From positions 18,168,001-18,232,000 of the forward strand of contig CM075989.1 of assembly GCA_038087875.1 (NCBI GenBank): DNA of 64,000 bases, given 5' to 3'. The notes under the pieces were generated by a model, which worked only from the letters and a program-made list of their open reading frames with translations, was not told the origin of the DNA and ran no database searches. The DNA is from Malacoraja senta. Taxonomy: Eukaryota. Made by a program: the position numbers and the translations under genes. The number at the start of each line of letters is the position of its first letter. Position 1 is the stretch's first letter. Below, piece after piece: positions 1 to 10,672 of the stretch.

Positions 1-517
1 AGAGGAAGGGAAAAAATGACAGTGTAGATTCTCAGTTATCTGATTCCTGTTTCAGATATCGGGCACAAAGGAAGATGATGTACAGAGGTGCCTATCTCGC
101 AGTGATGCCCTATCGATCTGTTGAAGTAAATAAATTTCAAAAGCTCACTATTTTTAATCTCAATTCTACCGTGAGCAGGGGCACTTTGTCACTGTCACTC
201 AGCTCTCTCGTTTGAGTTATTTAATCTTATTTTAATCAAATATTTTTGTTTCCTGACCAGTCAATCAGGTCGGCTTGTGTCAGATAAAGGTTGACAAATG
301 GTATTACAAGACCTTTCGCTTCTGAATGGGGGCTGGGGAGAATGTTGGGTCATCTGGTGGAAAATCATTTTATTTTTTGCTTGTTAGTGGAGATTGGGTG
401 CATTGGGTCCCTGAGTAAAACTAAACCGCACGGCCCAGCTCCCGTAGACATCAGCTGCAAATGTGTACGCTGTGTACACAGCACTTCCTGACCTCGTGCC
501 CCTTGAAACCAACCCCA

Positions 518-872
518 TTCTCCAGACGTCTGTGTTCCCTCTCCGCCAGCTGTCTATCTTCTCTTATCTCCAGCGTCTGTGTTCTCTCATCAGCATCTGT
601 ATTCTCTCTTCTCCAGCCATCTGTGTCCTCTCTTCTCCAGCCGTCTGTTTCCTCTCATCTCCCAGCCGTCTGTTTCCTCTCTTCTCCAGCCGTCTGTGTT
701 CTCTCTTCTCCAGCCGTCTGTGTTCTCTTTTCTCCAGACGTCTGTGTTCTCTTTTTTTCCAGACGTCTGTGTTCTCCCTTCTCCAGCCGTGTTCCCTTTT
801 CTCCAGACGTCTGTGTTCTCTCTCCTCCAGCCGTCTGTGTTCTCGCTCCTCTAGCCGACTGTCTTCCCTCTC
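518..872. repeat. 24-bp minisatellite (unit ~CTCCAGCCGTCTGTGTTCTCTCTT, ~14-15 degenerate copies)
   Basis: Unit repeats are directly visible; explains the 8-aa periodic pseudo-ORFs (LEKREHRR, SSPAVCVL) in the ORF track. Confidence 0.92.
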
Positions 873-911
873 CTTGAAGGTTGGGTAGGCTGAGACTTTT
901 GACTTTGGGGC

Positions 912-1253
912 GTAAAGTCTTGGGATAAAGTGAACGCTCACAGTCTTATTCCCAGGATCGAGGATTCTACAACTTGAGAGCACAGGCTTAAGGTGAGAGG
1001 GGAGAGATTTTAAGAGGGAACTCAGGGGCAATATTTTCACTCAGAGGCTAGTCTGTATCTGCTGAAGAGTTGTAAGAGGAAACAGATACAATTATGACTA
1101 TTGGAAGACATTTGGACATATAAAAGGATAGGAAGGGGCCTAGAGGCCATGCCCCATATGCTGGTAGATGGGACTAGCCCAGTATACCAACTTGGTCAGC
1201 ATGGACAGGTGGGCTGAAAGGCCTATTTCCATGTTGTACAGTTCTATGACTCT
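912..1253 (+). mobile_element. CR1/HER1-like LINE 3' fragment (degraded)
   Basis: Resembles the CR1 ORF2 C-terminus (GHRLKVRGERF-like) followed by the GGGCTGAAAGGCC...CTATGACTCT tail. Confidence 0.7.
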
Positions 1254-1424
1254 CTGATTGTGTCCTTGAAACAGCAATCCCAATCTCTACACCCTCTTGT
1301 CCTGCCCCTGTCCCCCCTAGCCCTTGACATTCGGATAGTTCCCAGCTTCACAAAATGTCTCGTGTTCAAGATAAGGATGCCACGTCTTTGTTCGTCAACA
1401 GGGACCATTTTTATCGTTAAAGAA

Positions 1425-1747
1425 GGGGCAACACAGTAACGCAGCGGTAGAGTTTTGTTGCCTCACACCTCCAGAGACCCGGGCTCCATCCTGAACTATA
1501 GGTGCTGTCTGTACGGAGTTTGTACATTCTCACTGTGACCGCATGGGTTTTCTCCAGGTGCTCCGGTTTCCTCCCACACTCTAAAGACGTGCAGGTTGTA
1601 GTTAATTGGCTTTGGTAAAATAGTAATTGTCCCTCGTGTGTAGGATAGTGCTAGTGGACGGGGGGGGGGGGGGTCGCTGGTCGGCATGGACTTGGTGGGC
1701 CGAAGGGCCTGTTCCCGCGCTGTATCTCAAAAGTCTAAAGTCTAAAG
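1425..1747 (+). mobile_element. HE1-like tRNA-derived V-SINE
   Basis: tRNA-like head, central GGGTTTTCTCCAGGTGCTCCGGTTTCCTCCCACA block, LINE-type tail GGGCCGAAGGGCCTGTT and short tandem tail. Confidence 0.85.
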
Positions 1748-2281
1748 ATGGCAGCAGGCCTGCCCTGTGCTGTCGAGGAATAGCAATAACTAGGAGGATT
1801 TTAATTGTTTCCTAAGAACCACCTGCAGGATGAAAGGCTGATTCTTTTCCCTATCGCAGAAGATATGATTGAAGATTTTAAACTAATGAAAGGATTTGTT
1901 CTGATCGTAGCAGAGAGAGCTGTAAGGTGGGTAACCTAAAGAGCATTAAGAACACAAGAAGAACTGGTTTAAAAAAAGGCTAGTGTCAGACAAAAGAAGG
2001 GACTCTTGTTCAGATTGGTTTAGGGTGGGAATCCTTGTTCGCCAGACATGTGGCAACTCTTGTGTACTGTCTAGGTGAGGTCTAGCTGTGTGATTTTACT
2101 GGGTTGTATGCATCACTAATCATTTCAATGTACCTAGATAAAGGTGACCTTAAAGTATCATTGAATCATTGAGTGAAATTGTGAAAACGCACACCTCCAG
2201 ATTCAGGGACAGTTTCTTCCCAGCTGTTGTCAGGCAACTGAACCATCCTACCACATCCAGAAAGCGGTCCTGAACTACAAC

Positions 2282-2556
2282 GGGCCCTTCGGCCCACCGA
2301 GCCCTCACCGACCAGCGATCCCCGCACATCAACTCTATCCTGCACGCACTGGGGACAATTTATACCAAGCCAATTAACCTGCAAACCTACAAAACCTGTA
2401 CGTCTTTGGTGTGTGGGAGGAAATCGAAGATCTCGGGGAAAACCCACGCGGTCACGGGGAGAACGTACAAACTCCGTACAGACTGAACACCGAGTCAGGA
2501 TCGAACCCGGGTCTCTGGTGCTGCAAGCGCCGTATGGCAGCAACTCCGCCACTGTG
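2282..2556 (-). mobile_element. HE1-like V-SINE
   Basis: Reverse complement of the same SINE family. Confidence 0.85.
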
Positions 2557-3009
2557 TTGTTCACTGGTGTCCAGCAGAGAGCTGGATGCTATTCACAGAA
2601 AATTGTTTTACACATCTACCTAGAAGGTATTTCTGTTTTCAGTTAATGAACCATGGAATAAATTGGCAGAACTGTGCACTGGAGCTCACTCATTGCGAGC
2701 ATTAAATGTCCACTGCCAATAGATTATCTTGGCTAACCGGTAAATAGTTTGCAAATTTAATATTTTCCACAATGAATTATCTCGCGCACTTCTATGCTGG
2801 ATGCTCATTTATACACATCTGCAATTTGGAAAGATGTCAACAGTGGAACACATTAATTACAATATCTTTACTTGAAAAGGAGAACCAATTTCATTAACAA
2901 ATTTATTTATTGGTTCCGTGATAAATGGAGCTATAAATATGGGCTTCTAGCAGTTACTTCAGCATTTTTGGTTGCCTCACTTACGGCATGGTGCTGTATT
3001 TTAGAACAC

Positions 3010-3878
3010 AGGGTGACTTGGACAGGTTGGGGGAGTGGGCAGATGCATGGCAGAAGAAGTTTAATGTGGGATAAATGTGAGGTTATCCACTTTGGTATCA
3101 AAAACAGGAAGGCAGGTTACTATCTAAATGGCGTCAAGTTGGGAAAAGGGGAAGTACAACAGGACCTGGGGGGTCCTTGTTCATCAGTCTATGAAAGTAA
3201 GCATGCAGGTACAGCAGGCAGTGAAGAAAGCGAATGGCATGCTGGCCTTTATAACAAGAGGAGTTGAGTATAGGAGCAAAGAGGTCCTTCTGCAGTTGTA
3301 CAGGGCCCTACCTAGTGAGACCACACCTGGAAGTATTGTGTGCAGTTTTGGTCCCCTAATTTGAGGAAGACATTCTTGCTATTGAGGGAGTGCAGCGTAG
3401 GTTTACAAGGTTAATTCCCGGGATGGCGGGACTGTCATATGCTGAGAGAATGGAGTGCCTGGGCTTGTACACTCGGGAGTTTAGAAGGATGAGAGGGGCT
3501 CTTATTGAAACATATAAAGATTGTTAAGGGTTTGGACATGCTAGAGGCAGGAAACATGTTCCCGATGTTGGGGGAGTCCAGAACCATGGGCCACAGTTTA
3601 AGAATAAGGGGTAAGCCATTTAGAACGGAGACGAGGAAACACTTTTTCTCACAGAGAGTTGTGAGTCTGTGGAATTCTCTGCCTCAGAGGGCGGTGGACT
3701 GATTCTCCTGGATGCTTTCAAGAGAGAGCCTAGATGGGCTCTTAAAGATAGCAGAGTCAGGGGATATGGGGAGAAGGCAGGAACGGCGTACTGATTGGGG
3801 ATGATCAGCCATGATCACATTGAATGGCGGTGCTGGCTCGAAGGGCTGAATGGCCTACTCCTGCACCTATTGTCTATT
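3010..3878 (+). mobile_element. CR1/HER1-like LINE, 5'-truncated (RT C-terminus remnant plus 3' UTR)
   Basis: Frameshifted ORF pieces DKCEVIHFG..., KKANGMLAFITRGVEYRSKEVLLQLYRAL, GHSLRIRGKPFRTETRKHFFSQRVVSLWNSLPQ; 3' tail GGGCTGAATGGCCTACTCCTGCACCTATTGTCTAT. Confidence 0.9.
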
Positions 3879-4700
3879 AACACATACCTATAATTAATCA
3901 CTTTTGCAATGTCACTTGTGGCCTGGTCCATCATGGGTATTGATCTCCCAACCTTCGAAGGGATCTGAAGGGGTGCAGATCAAAATAGAGAGCTAATATC
4001 ATCAGAGGCCCACACAATCGCTCACTCTTCCAAATCCAGTCGTACGAAATAACATTTGATCATGGAGATGTCCCAGTACAAGGACTGAGCGTATGGACCA
4101 GACATGGCCTGCAGCGGCACATAACGGTGGAGCAGCGCTGGGGGACGCCTGCAACTTTGCTTAGCCAGGCCGACCCAGCAACGCCACCAGGACAATGGGC
4201 CTTTACGGCCAACTGCACTTAAAGCAACTTGGACTGCGAGAATGGTTTCAAAGCCTGGCAACCCTTGTCTAGTCTCTCGGTGGACAATTTCTATACACGT
4301 TGTACAGTAATACTTTACTGAACTGTATATTTGCAAAAAATAATAATAATTGCACCTCGGTACATGTGACAATAAAGAACCAATGAACCACTACTAAAAG
4401 CTGAATCTTGAGATGCAAGATTCACCCAAGTGATGACTTTATTGGCTTCCTGGGCCAGTTGGACATTGTATATTGACTTGTAAGGAGGGGAAAGGAACTG
4501 GGTGAGTGGGGAGGGGTGGAGGGAGATGGTGGATGTAATATGTGTGTTGGGGGGAGGAGCTGGGGTTAGGGAGGGGGGTGGTTTACTGAAATTGGAGGTA
4601 CCTACAGTTGGATGGTAAGCTATCCAAACAGAATACGAGGTGGTGCTCCACCAGGTTAGTAGTTCTCGCCGAACAACCCTTGAAGGAAGAGCTGCATCAC

Positions 4701-5203
4701 ATCACAGCTTGGTTTGGGAACAGCTCCATCCAAGACCGCAAGAAATTACAGCGAGCTGCCGGCACAGCCCAGACCATTACACAAACCAACCTCCCTTCCA
4801 TTGACTCCATTTATACCTCACGCTGCCTCGGCAAGGCCAGCAACATAATCAAGGATGAGTCGCACCCTGGTCACTTCCTCGTCTCCCTTCTCCCATCAGG
4901 CAAAAGGTATAGAAGTGTGAAAACACACACCTCCAGATTCAGGGACAGTTTCTTCCCAGTTGTTATCAGGCAACTGAATCATCCTACCACAACCAGATAG
5001 CAGTCCTGAACTGCTATCTACCTCATCGGGGACTCTCGGACTATCTTTGATCGGACTTTACTGGCTTTATCTTGCACTAAACGTTAATCCCATATCATGT
5101 ATCTGTACACTGCGAATGGCTCGATTGTAAACATGTATTGTCTTTCCACTGGCTGGTTAGCACTGTACCTCGGTACACGTGACAATAAACTAAACTGAAC
5201 TGA
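4701..5203 (+). mobile_element. Rex1/Babar-like LINE 3' fragment
   Basis: ITAWFGNSSIQDRKKLQR...LPSIDSIYTSRCLGKASNIIKDESHPGH...LLPSGKRYRSVKTHTSRFRDSFFP is a typical Rex1/Babar ORF C-terminus; AAACT-type tail. Confidence 0.85.
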
Positions 5204-6582
5204 TGAACTGATGAAACATTGATAAGTAAGAACACAAAGTACTCTGGATTTAGAGGGGTTTCAATGTCCAACAAGTGTGACTTGGTGCCAGGAAACGTCA
5301 ACTTTATTTAGTTTGGCCAAGCTATCTATAACAAACTGCTCACAACACATTAGAGTCATCATTCTGATGATACCCTCTGGTACCTCGTGCCATGTTACTT
5401 CCTTGGTGTGTTAAAAGGGGGTAGGTTCAGAACAAATCTGGCAGTTCAGTGAGATGCAGTTGGGTATCTGAGCAGAAGAATTGCTTCCACCCTAATCTGT
5501 AACCCATCCTTCATTCTTGGCCTGACACATCACCTATTGCTTTTCTCCAGAGATGCTGCGTGACCCGCTGAGGTCTTGAGGTACGGGTGTCAGGGGTTAT
5601 GGAGAGAAGGCAGGAGAATGGGGTTAGGAGGGAGAGATAGATCAGCCATGATTGAATGGCAGGGTAGACCTGATGGGCCAAATGGCCTAATTAGAGATAG
5701 TCATAGAGTGATACAGCGTGGAAACAGGCCCTTCGGCCCAACTTGCCCACACCGGCCAACATGTCTCACCTACATTAGTCCTACTTGCCTGCATTTGGCC
5801 CAATTCCCTCCAAACCTGTCTAACTGTTTTTTAAACGTTGGGATAGTCCCTGCCTCAACTACCTCCTCTGGCAGCTTGTTTCATTCTTTCCCTGTCACAT
5901 GAACTTATGAGTTACTGCAGGATTTTGTGTCTTATCTTCAGTCTAATTACAACCCGCTGAAGGTACAATGCAGGATATAAATGTACAAAATGTACTAAAT
6001 GTACATAAATGTGCAAAACGTTCAGTCCATTCGACAGTGTTAAATGATCCCACCACTAATCAGATCAAAGGCTGTGCTCCTACAATATCCAGCATGAATG
6101 GTTGTAAACAAATCAACAGCTACTGAGAGGAAGCTCTGTAAACATTCCTCGCTTTAATGGTGAACCCAACATGTGAAAATCACAAGGCTGATGCTTTTGC
6201 AGCGATCTCTCCTCCCACTGTTCCCATCAGTATCATGAGCCACCGGCATCAAGCCAGAAATATGTAAACTGGCCCAGTTGCGTCTCATCCAGAACAATCC
6301 CGTCAAATCCAGTGCAGTTTAGTTTAGAGATACAGCGCGGAAACAGGACATTCAGCCCACCGAGTCCGCACTGACCAGCGATCCCTGTACACCAGCACTA
6401 CCCCACTGTCTTTTAAATGGTATGATAGGACTTGCCTCAACTACATCCTCTGGCAGTTCCTTCCATACATCCACCACCCTGTGTGAAAAAGTTGCCCCTC
6501 AGTTTCCTATTAATCTTTCCCCTCTCACCTTAAACCTATGTCCTCTGGTTCTTGATTCCCAACTATGGGTAAAAGACACGTT

Positions 6583-7226
6583 GCGGCACGGTGGCGCAGC
6601 GGTAGAGTTGCTGCCTTACAGTGTCAGAGACCCAGGTTGTATCCTGACCACGGGTGCTGTCTGTACGGAGTTTGTACCTTCTCCCTGTGACCTGCATGGG
6701 TTTTCTCCGGGTGCTCCGGTTTCCTCCCACACTCCAGACGTGCAGGTTTGTAGGTTAATTGGCTTGGGTAAAATTGTAAATTGTCCCTAGTGTGTGTAGG
6801 ATAGCGTTATGCGCCTGTCCCACTTCCGCGACTTTTTCGGCAACTGCCGGTACCTGTCATAGGTCGTTGCAGGTCGCCGAAAATGTTCAACATGTTGAAA
6901 ATCCAGCGGCGACCAGAAAGACGCTCGGACTTTGGGCGACTGAGGAGACGACTCACGACCATACAGGCGACACCCTGGTGACATGTCGCTGGGTGAAGCC
7001 TGTATGGCCGTGAGTAGTCGCCCAAAGAGTCGTACCTTGCTCTGGCCGCCGCTGGGTTTTCAAAATGTTGACATTTTTCGGCGACCTGCAACGACCTATG
7101 ATGGGTGCCGGCAGTCTCCGAAAAAGTCGAGTAAGTGGGACATGCCCATTAGTGTGCAGGGATCGCTGGTCGGCACGGTCTTGGTGGGCTGAAGGACCGG
7201 TGTCCGCCCAGTATCTCGAAAACTTA
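6583..7226 (+). mobile_element. HE1-like V-SINE interrupted by a MITE
   Basis: SINE sequence resumes in register after the insertion at 6810-7148. Confidence 0.85.
6810..7148. mobile_element. PIF/Harbinger-type MITE (internal type A)
   Basis: Imperfect TIRs TGCGCCTGTCCCACTT / AAGTGGGACATGCCCA, largely palindromic body, TTA duplicated at 6807-6809 and 7149-7151. Confidence 0.85.
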
Positions 7227-8097
7227 AAAAAAACTAAAACATTGTGCACTCACCTCATCTATTCCCCTCTTGCTCCTTTTCACATGGTTAAATAGCCCAA
7301 ACTGTTCAGGTCCGTCCCTGCATTGGCACGGTGAGAATGCTATCATCACACAGCCTGAAGCCCTTCACGATGGATGCTCAGTACCACGTCTCCAAGAGCA
7401 CCTGGGGAATAGCAATAATAGCTGACCTTTCCAGCGTACCGCGTGAATTTAAAGAAACCATTAGTTTAGAATCTGACTGAAGCTGTTATCATCGACAGAC
7501 CCGGGGGCGGGGGGGGGGGGGGGGGGGTTCGTGCGCATGGATCAGAATCCATGATTTTGAACGTTTAAGGATGGGCGATACTCGGAACGACGTTCCAGCT
7601 TCAAAACCTTCAGGAATCAAAGCCACTGTGAGAAGTGAACAGAATAACATCGGGAAGAGAAGTGATGCTGCAGGCAGGGATTGTCCGAGAACACAACTAT
7701 TCCCAAGTCTACATTTTGAGAGTTTGATGTGAAGGAAAATCATTCTAATCCAAGACCCAATTAAAATGTATCTGGTGCCTAGTTATCAGGCAATTGATTT
7801 ATCTCTTCTGTTGTATGCAGAAGCCTTAAGATCTTGTTAAAGACCTAACCAACCCTCCCTTTAACCTTAGCTATTCTGCATTAATATAGTTATGAAATTC
7901 ATCCATGAATCAGAGGTTGATGAAATATGTACATGTTGAAGCCTGGTTGAAACTCGGATGCCCATTAAAAGGTCTCCTTTACTCATGACGATTTAAATAA
8001 GCACAATTTGTGACTAAACACCAACAGAAAGCACTCAGTAATCGAAGCGGTTCTGGAATCAATTCTTCACATTTTCTTTGAGTTCAGCGTTTAACAG

Positions 8098-8397
8098 TTG
8101 AGAGATCTAGCGCAGAAACAAGCTCTTCGGTGCACCAAGTCCGCACTGACCAGCAATCCCCGTATACTAGCAAGATCCTACAAACCAGGGACAATTTACA
8201 ATTTTTTTTTTAACCGAAGCCAATTAATCTTCAAACCTGCACATCTTTGGATTGTGGGAGGAATCCGGAGCACCCGGAGAAAACCCACACGGTCACGGGG
8301 AGAACGTAAAAAATCCGTACAGATAGTATCCGTAGACGGGATCGAACCCGGGTCTCTGGTGCTGTAAGGCAGCAACTCTACCGCTGCACCACTGTGT
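8098..8397 (-). mobile_element. HE1-like V-SINE
   Basis: Reverse complement of the SINE family. Confidence 0.85.
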
Positions 8398-9554
8398 GGA
8401 AAATGTGGCCTTCCTTACATTGACCCTTCAAAGGGCTTTATGTAAGCTCTGTTGGTGGGAGAATAGTGAGGAGATGTTGAACAGCTTTCTCCAGCAATTT
8501 CAATAGCAGCATTGAAGCTCTTGAAGAATGGCTAACATCTGAATTATTACAGAGAAGCATTACTGAAAGACTCAGGGCTTTACTTTCCCTTTCATAGAAT
8601 TGGACAGATTAAACCATGAGTAAAGTATCAAGAGTTTAAAATGCACTTCAGCTCAACAGCTACAAATCCCACCAGTTCTCCTGCTAACAAAAACAAGACA
8701 TGGCAGCTGGAATTACATTATTTTTCTCAATGGTCTACGCAGCCAGAAGGCAGAGAACTGAACAGTGGCTTGGGCCAGTGGCTTTTCTGTGCCGCCACTA
8801 ATGTTTGTGAAGTCATGGGTCACATCTGCCATCACTAATTGGCAAACCCATCAAGACCTTGAGTTGTTTATACAGTGCACTGAGCAGGCCATTCAGCCCA
8901 TCACCGTGTTTACTCTTTACATGAGAGGGACCGTTCCCATTCCTCTTTCCCCTGACCATGTTTAAACGCTATTCTATAAAGTGATGAATTATTTTGCTTC
9001 ATGATCCTGACTTCTACCTCTAGGGCACCCTACCTGTCTAGAGCGGTATGGTGGCGCAGCGGTAGAGTTGCTGTCTCACCGCGCCAGAGACCCGGGGTTC
9101 GAACCTGACTACGGGCGCTTGTCTGTACAGAGTTTGTACGTTCTCCCCGTGACCTGCGAGGGTTTTCTCTGGGATCTCAAGTTTTCTAACACACTCCAAA
9201 GACGTACAGATTTTTAGGCTAATTGGCTTGGTATAATTGTAAATTGTCCCTGGTGTGTGCAAGAGTGGAACTTGCTATCAAAACATGCAGGGGACGGGAC
9301 ACCAATTTTTTGCGCACACACACACACACGCGCGCGAGGCTTCGGAGGCTCAATCCAGCGCTAAATGCAGCTCAACTGCCTGTCTCACCGGGTTAACTAC
9401 AGCCCTGTCTGGACTGACGGGACACCAGCGCTGCTTCTCCGCGCTGCCCATATTTCCCGCAAGTCCAGGAAGGGTTGTAAGCTCACCTGGCGGGACAGGC
9501 AGGGTTAGCTGGGTTTAACGCTGCTTCTCTGCGCTGGCCCATCTGACTGCCGAC

Positions 9555-9581
9555 CAAAGATCCTATAGCGGAGGATCTTTG
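9555..9581. mobile_element. 27-bp hAT-like micro-insertion
   Basis: CAAAGATCCT-ATAGCGG-AGGATCTTTG flanked by CTGCCGAC / CTCCCGAC (7/8 duplication). Confidence 0.6.
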
Positions 9582-9676
9582 CTCCCGACCTCTCCGGCCA
9601 CCCGTGGCGGGGGGGGGGGGGGGGCAGCCGGTGGGGATGGGACAGCACCGGAGAGCCGGCCGGGATCGATCCTGGC

Positions 9677-9710
9677 CAAAGATACTAGAGGAGCTCCTCT
9701 AGTATCTTTG
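9677..9710. mobile_element. 34-bp perfectly palindromic hAT-like micro-insertion
   Basis: CAAAGATACTAGAGGAG-CTCCTCTAGTATCTTTG flanked by exact ATCCTGGC (9669-9676, 9711-9718). Confidence 0.72.
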
Positions 9711-10295
9711 ATCCTGGCTGCGGATGAAGCGCAGGTCTGTGCCACGTCTCCCTCCTCCAATCATCGCGCTGAATCATGTCCCGCCCCCATTGCCTGCTGA
9801 CCGACGTCTCTCTCGTCCAATCAGCACCCTAGATCATCAATCCCACCCCCACTGTCTCGCGGAAAGCGGAGATTTTAAAATCCGGATCACAAAAACTTGG
9901 GGGGGATGTCCCCCACCTCTCAAAACATGAGGGGGGACATGTCCCCTCTGCCCCCCCTGGGTTTTCCGCCCCTGGGTGTGTGTAGGATAGTGTTAGTGTG
10001 TGGGGATCGCTGGTTGGCACGGACTCGGTGGGCCGAAGGACCTCCTTCCGCACTGTATCTCTAAACTAAACTAAACTAAATGTCATGCTACCTCATGTTG
10101 GATCCATCAAATACTGCTTTCAATCTGATCCAATCCAATCTCTCACACACTTCATTATTCTGGGTGCCTCCATCCAATCGCTCTGTAATTTGCTGTTTTA
10201 ATAAAAATAACCTCCTTTGTTTGTGGTCTATTTGCTGTTTTCAGTAAGACAAGTGATGCTGTAGGGATTGTCCAAGCATCATGTGATCCCAGGTC

Positions 10296-10672
10296 TAGTT
10301 TAGTTTATTGGCATGTGTACCAAGGTACAGTGAAAAGATTTGTTGTTGCATGCTATCCAGTCAGCAGAAAGAGTAGACGTGATTACAATCAAACCTCCCG
10401 CAGTGTACAGATGCAGGATAAAGTCAAGTATAGTCCTATTAAAGATAGCCCGAGGGTCTCCAATGAGGTGCATGGTAGGTCATGGCCGCTCTCTAGTTGG
10501 TGACAGGGTGGTTCAGTTGCCTGATAATAGCTGGGAAGAAACTGTCCATGAATCTGGAGGTGTGCGTCTACACACTTCTGTACCGCTTGTCTGATGGGAG
10601 AGGGGAGCAGAGGGAGTGTCCGGGGTGAGACTCGTCCTTGATTATGCGGGTGGCCTTGCCGAGGTAGCGTGA
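10296..10672 (-). mobile_element. Rex1/Babar-like LINE 3' fragment
   Basis: Reverse complement of the same family as 4701-5203. Confidence 0.75.

Larger units (their letters stand above)
9260..9974. mobile_element. Non-autonomous hAT-type DNA transposon
   Basis: Perfect 8-bp TSD GGTGTGTG (9252-9259, 9975-9982); imperfect TIRs CAAGAGTGGAA / TTCCGCCCCTG (8/11); subterminal TCAAAACATG...GGGGAC near both ends. Confidence 0.8.
9043..10080 (+). mobile_element. HE1-like V-SINE interrupted by a hAT-type element
   Basis: A box TGGCGCAGCGG and B box GGTTCGAACC present; SINE resumes at 9975. Confidence 0.85.

Noticed and set aside
461..1040. Long overlapping ORFs (138-158 aa)
   Set aside because: By-product of a stop-poor 24-bp minisatellite open in several frames on both strands.
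7708..7745. ~35-bp similarity with 10677-10712 (TCTACATTTTGAGAGTT.GATGT)
   Set aside because: Too short to interpret; could be an old TSD, small duplication or repeat relic.
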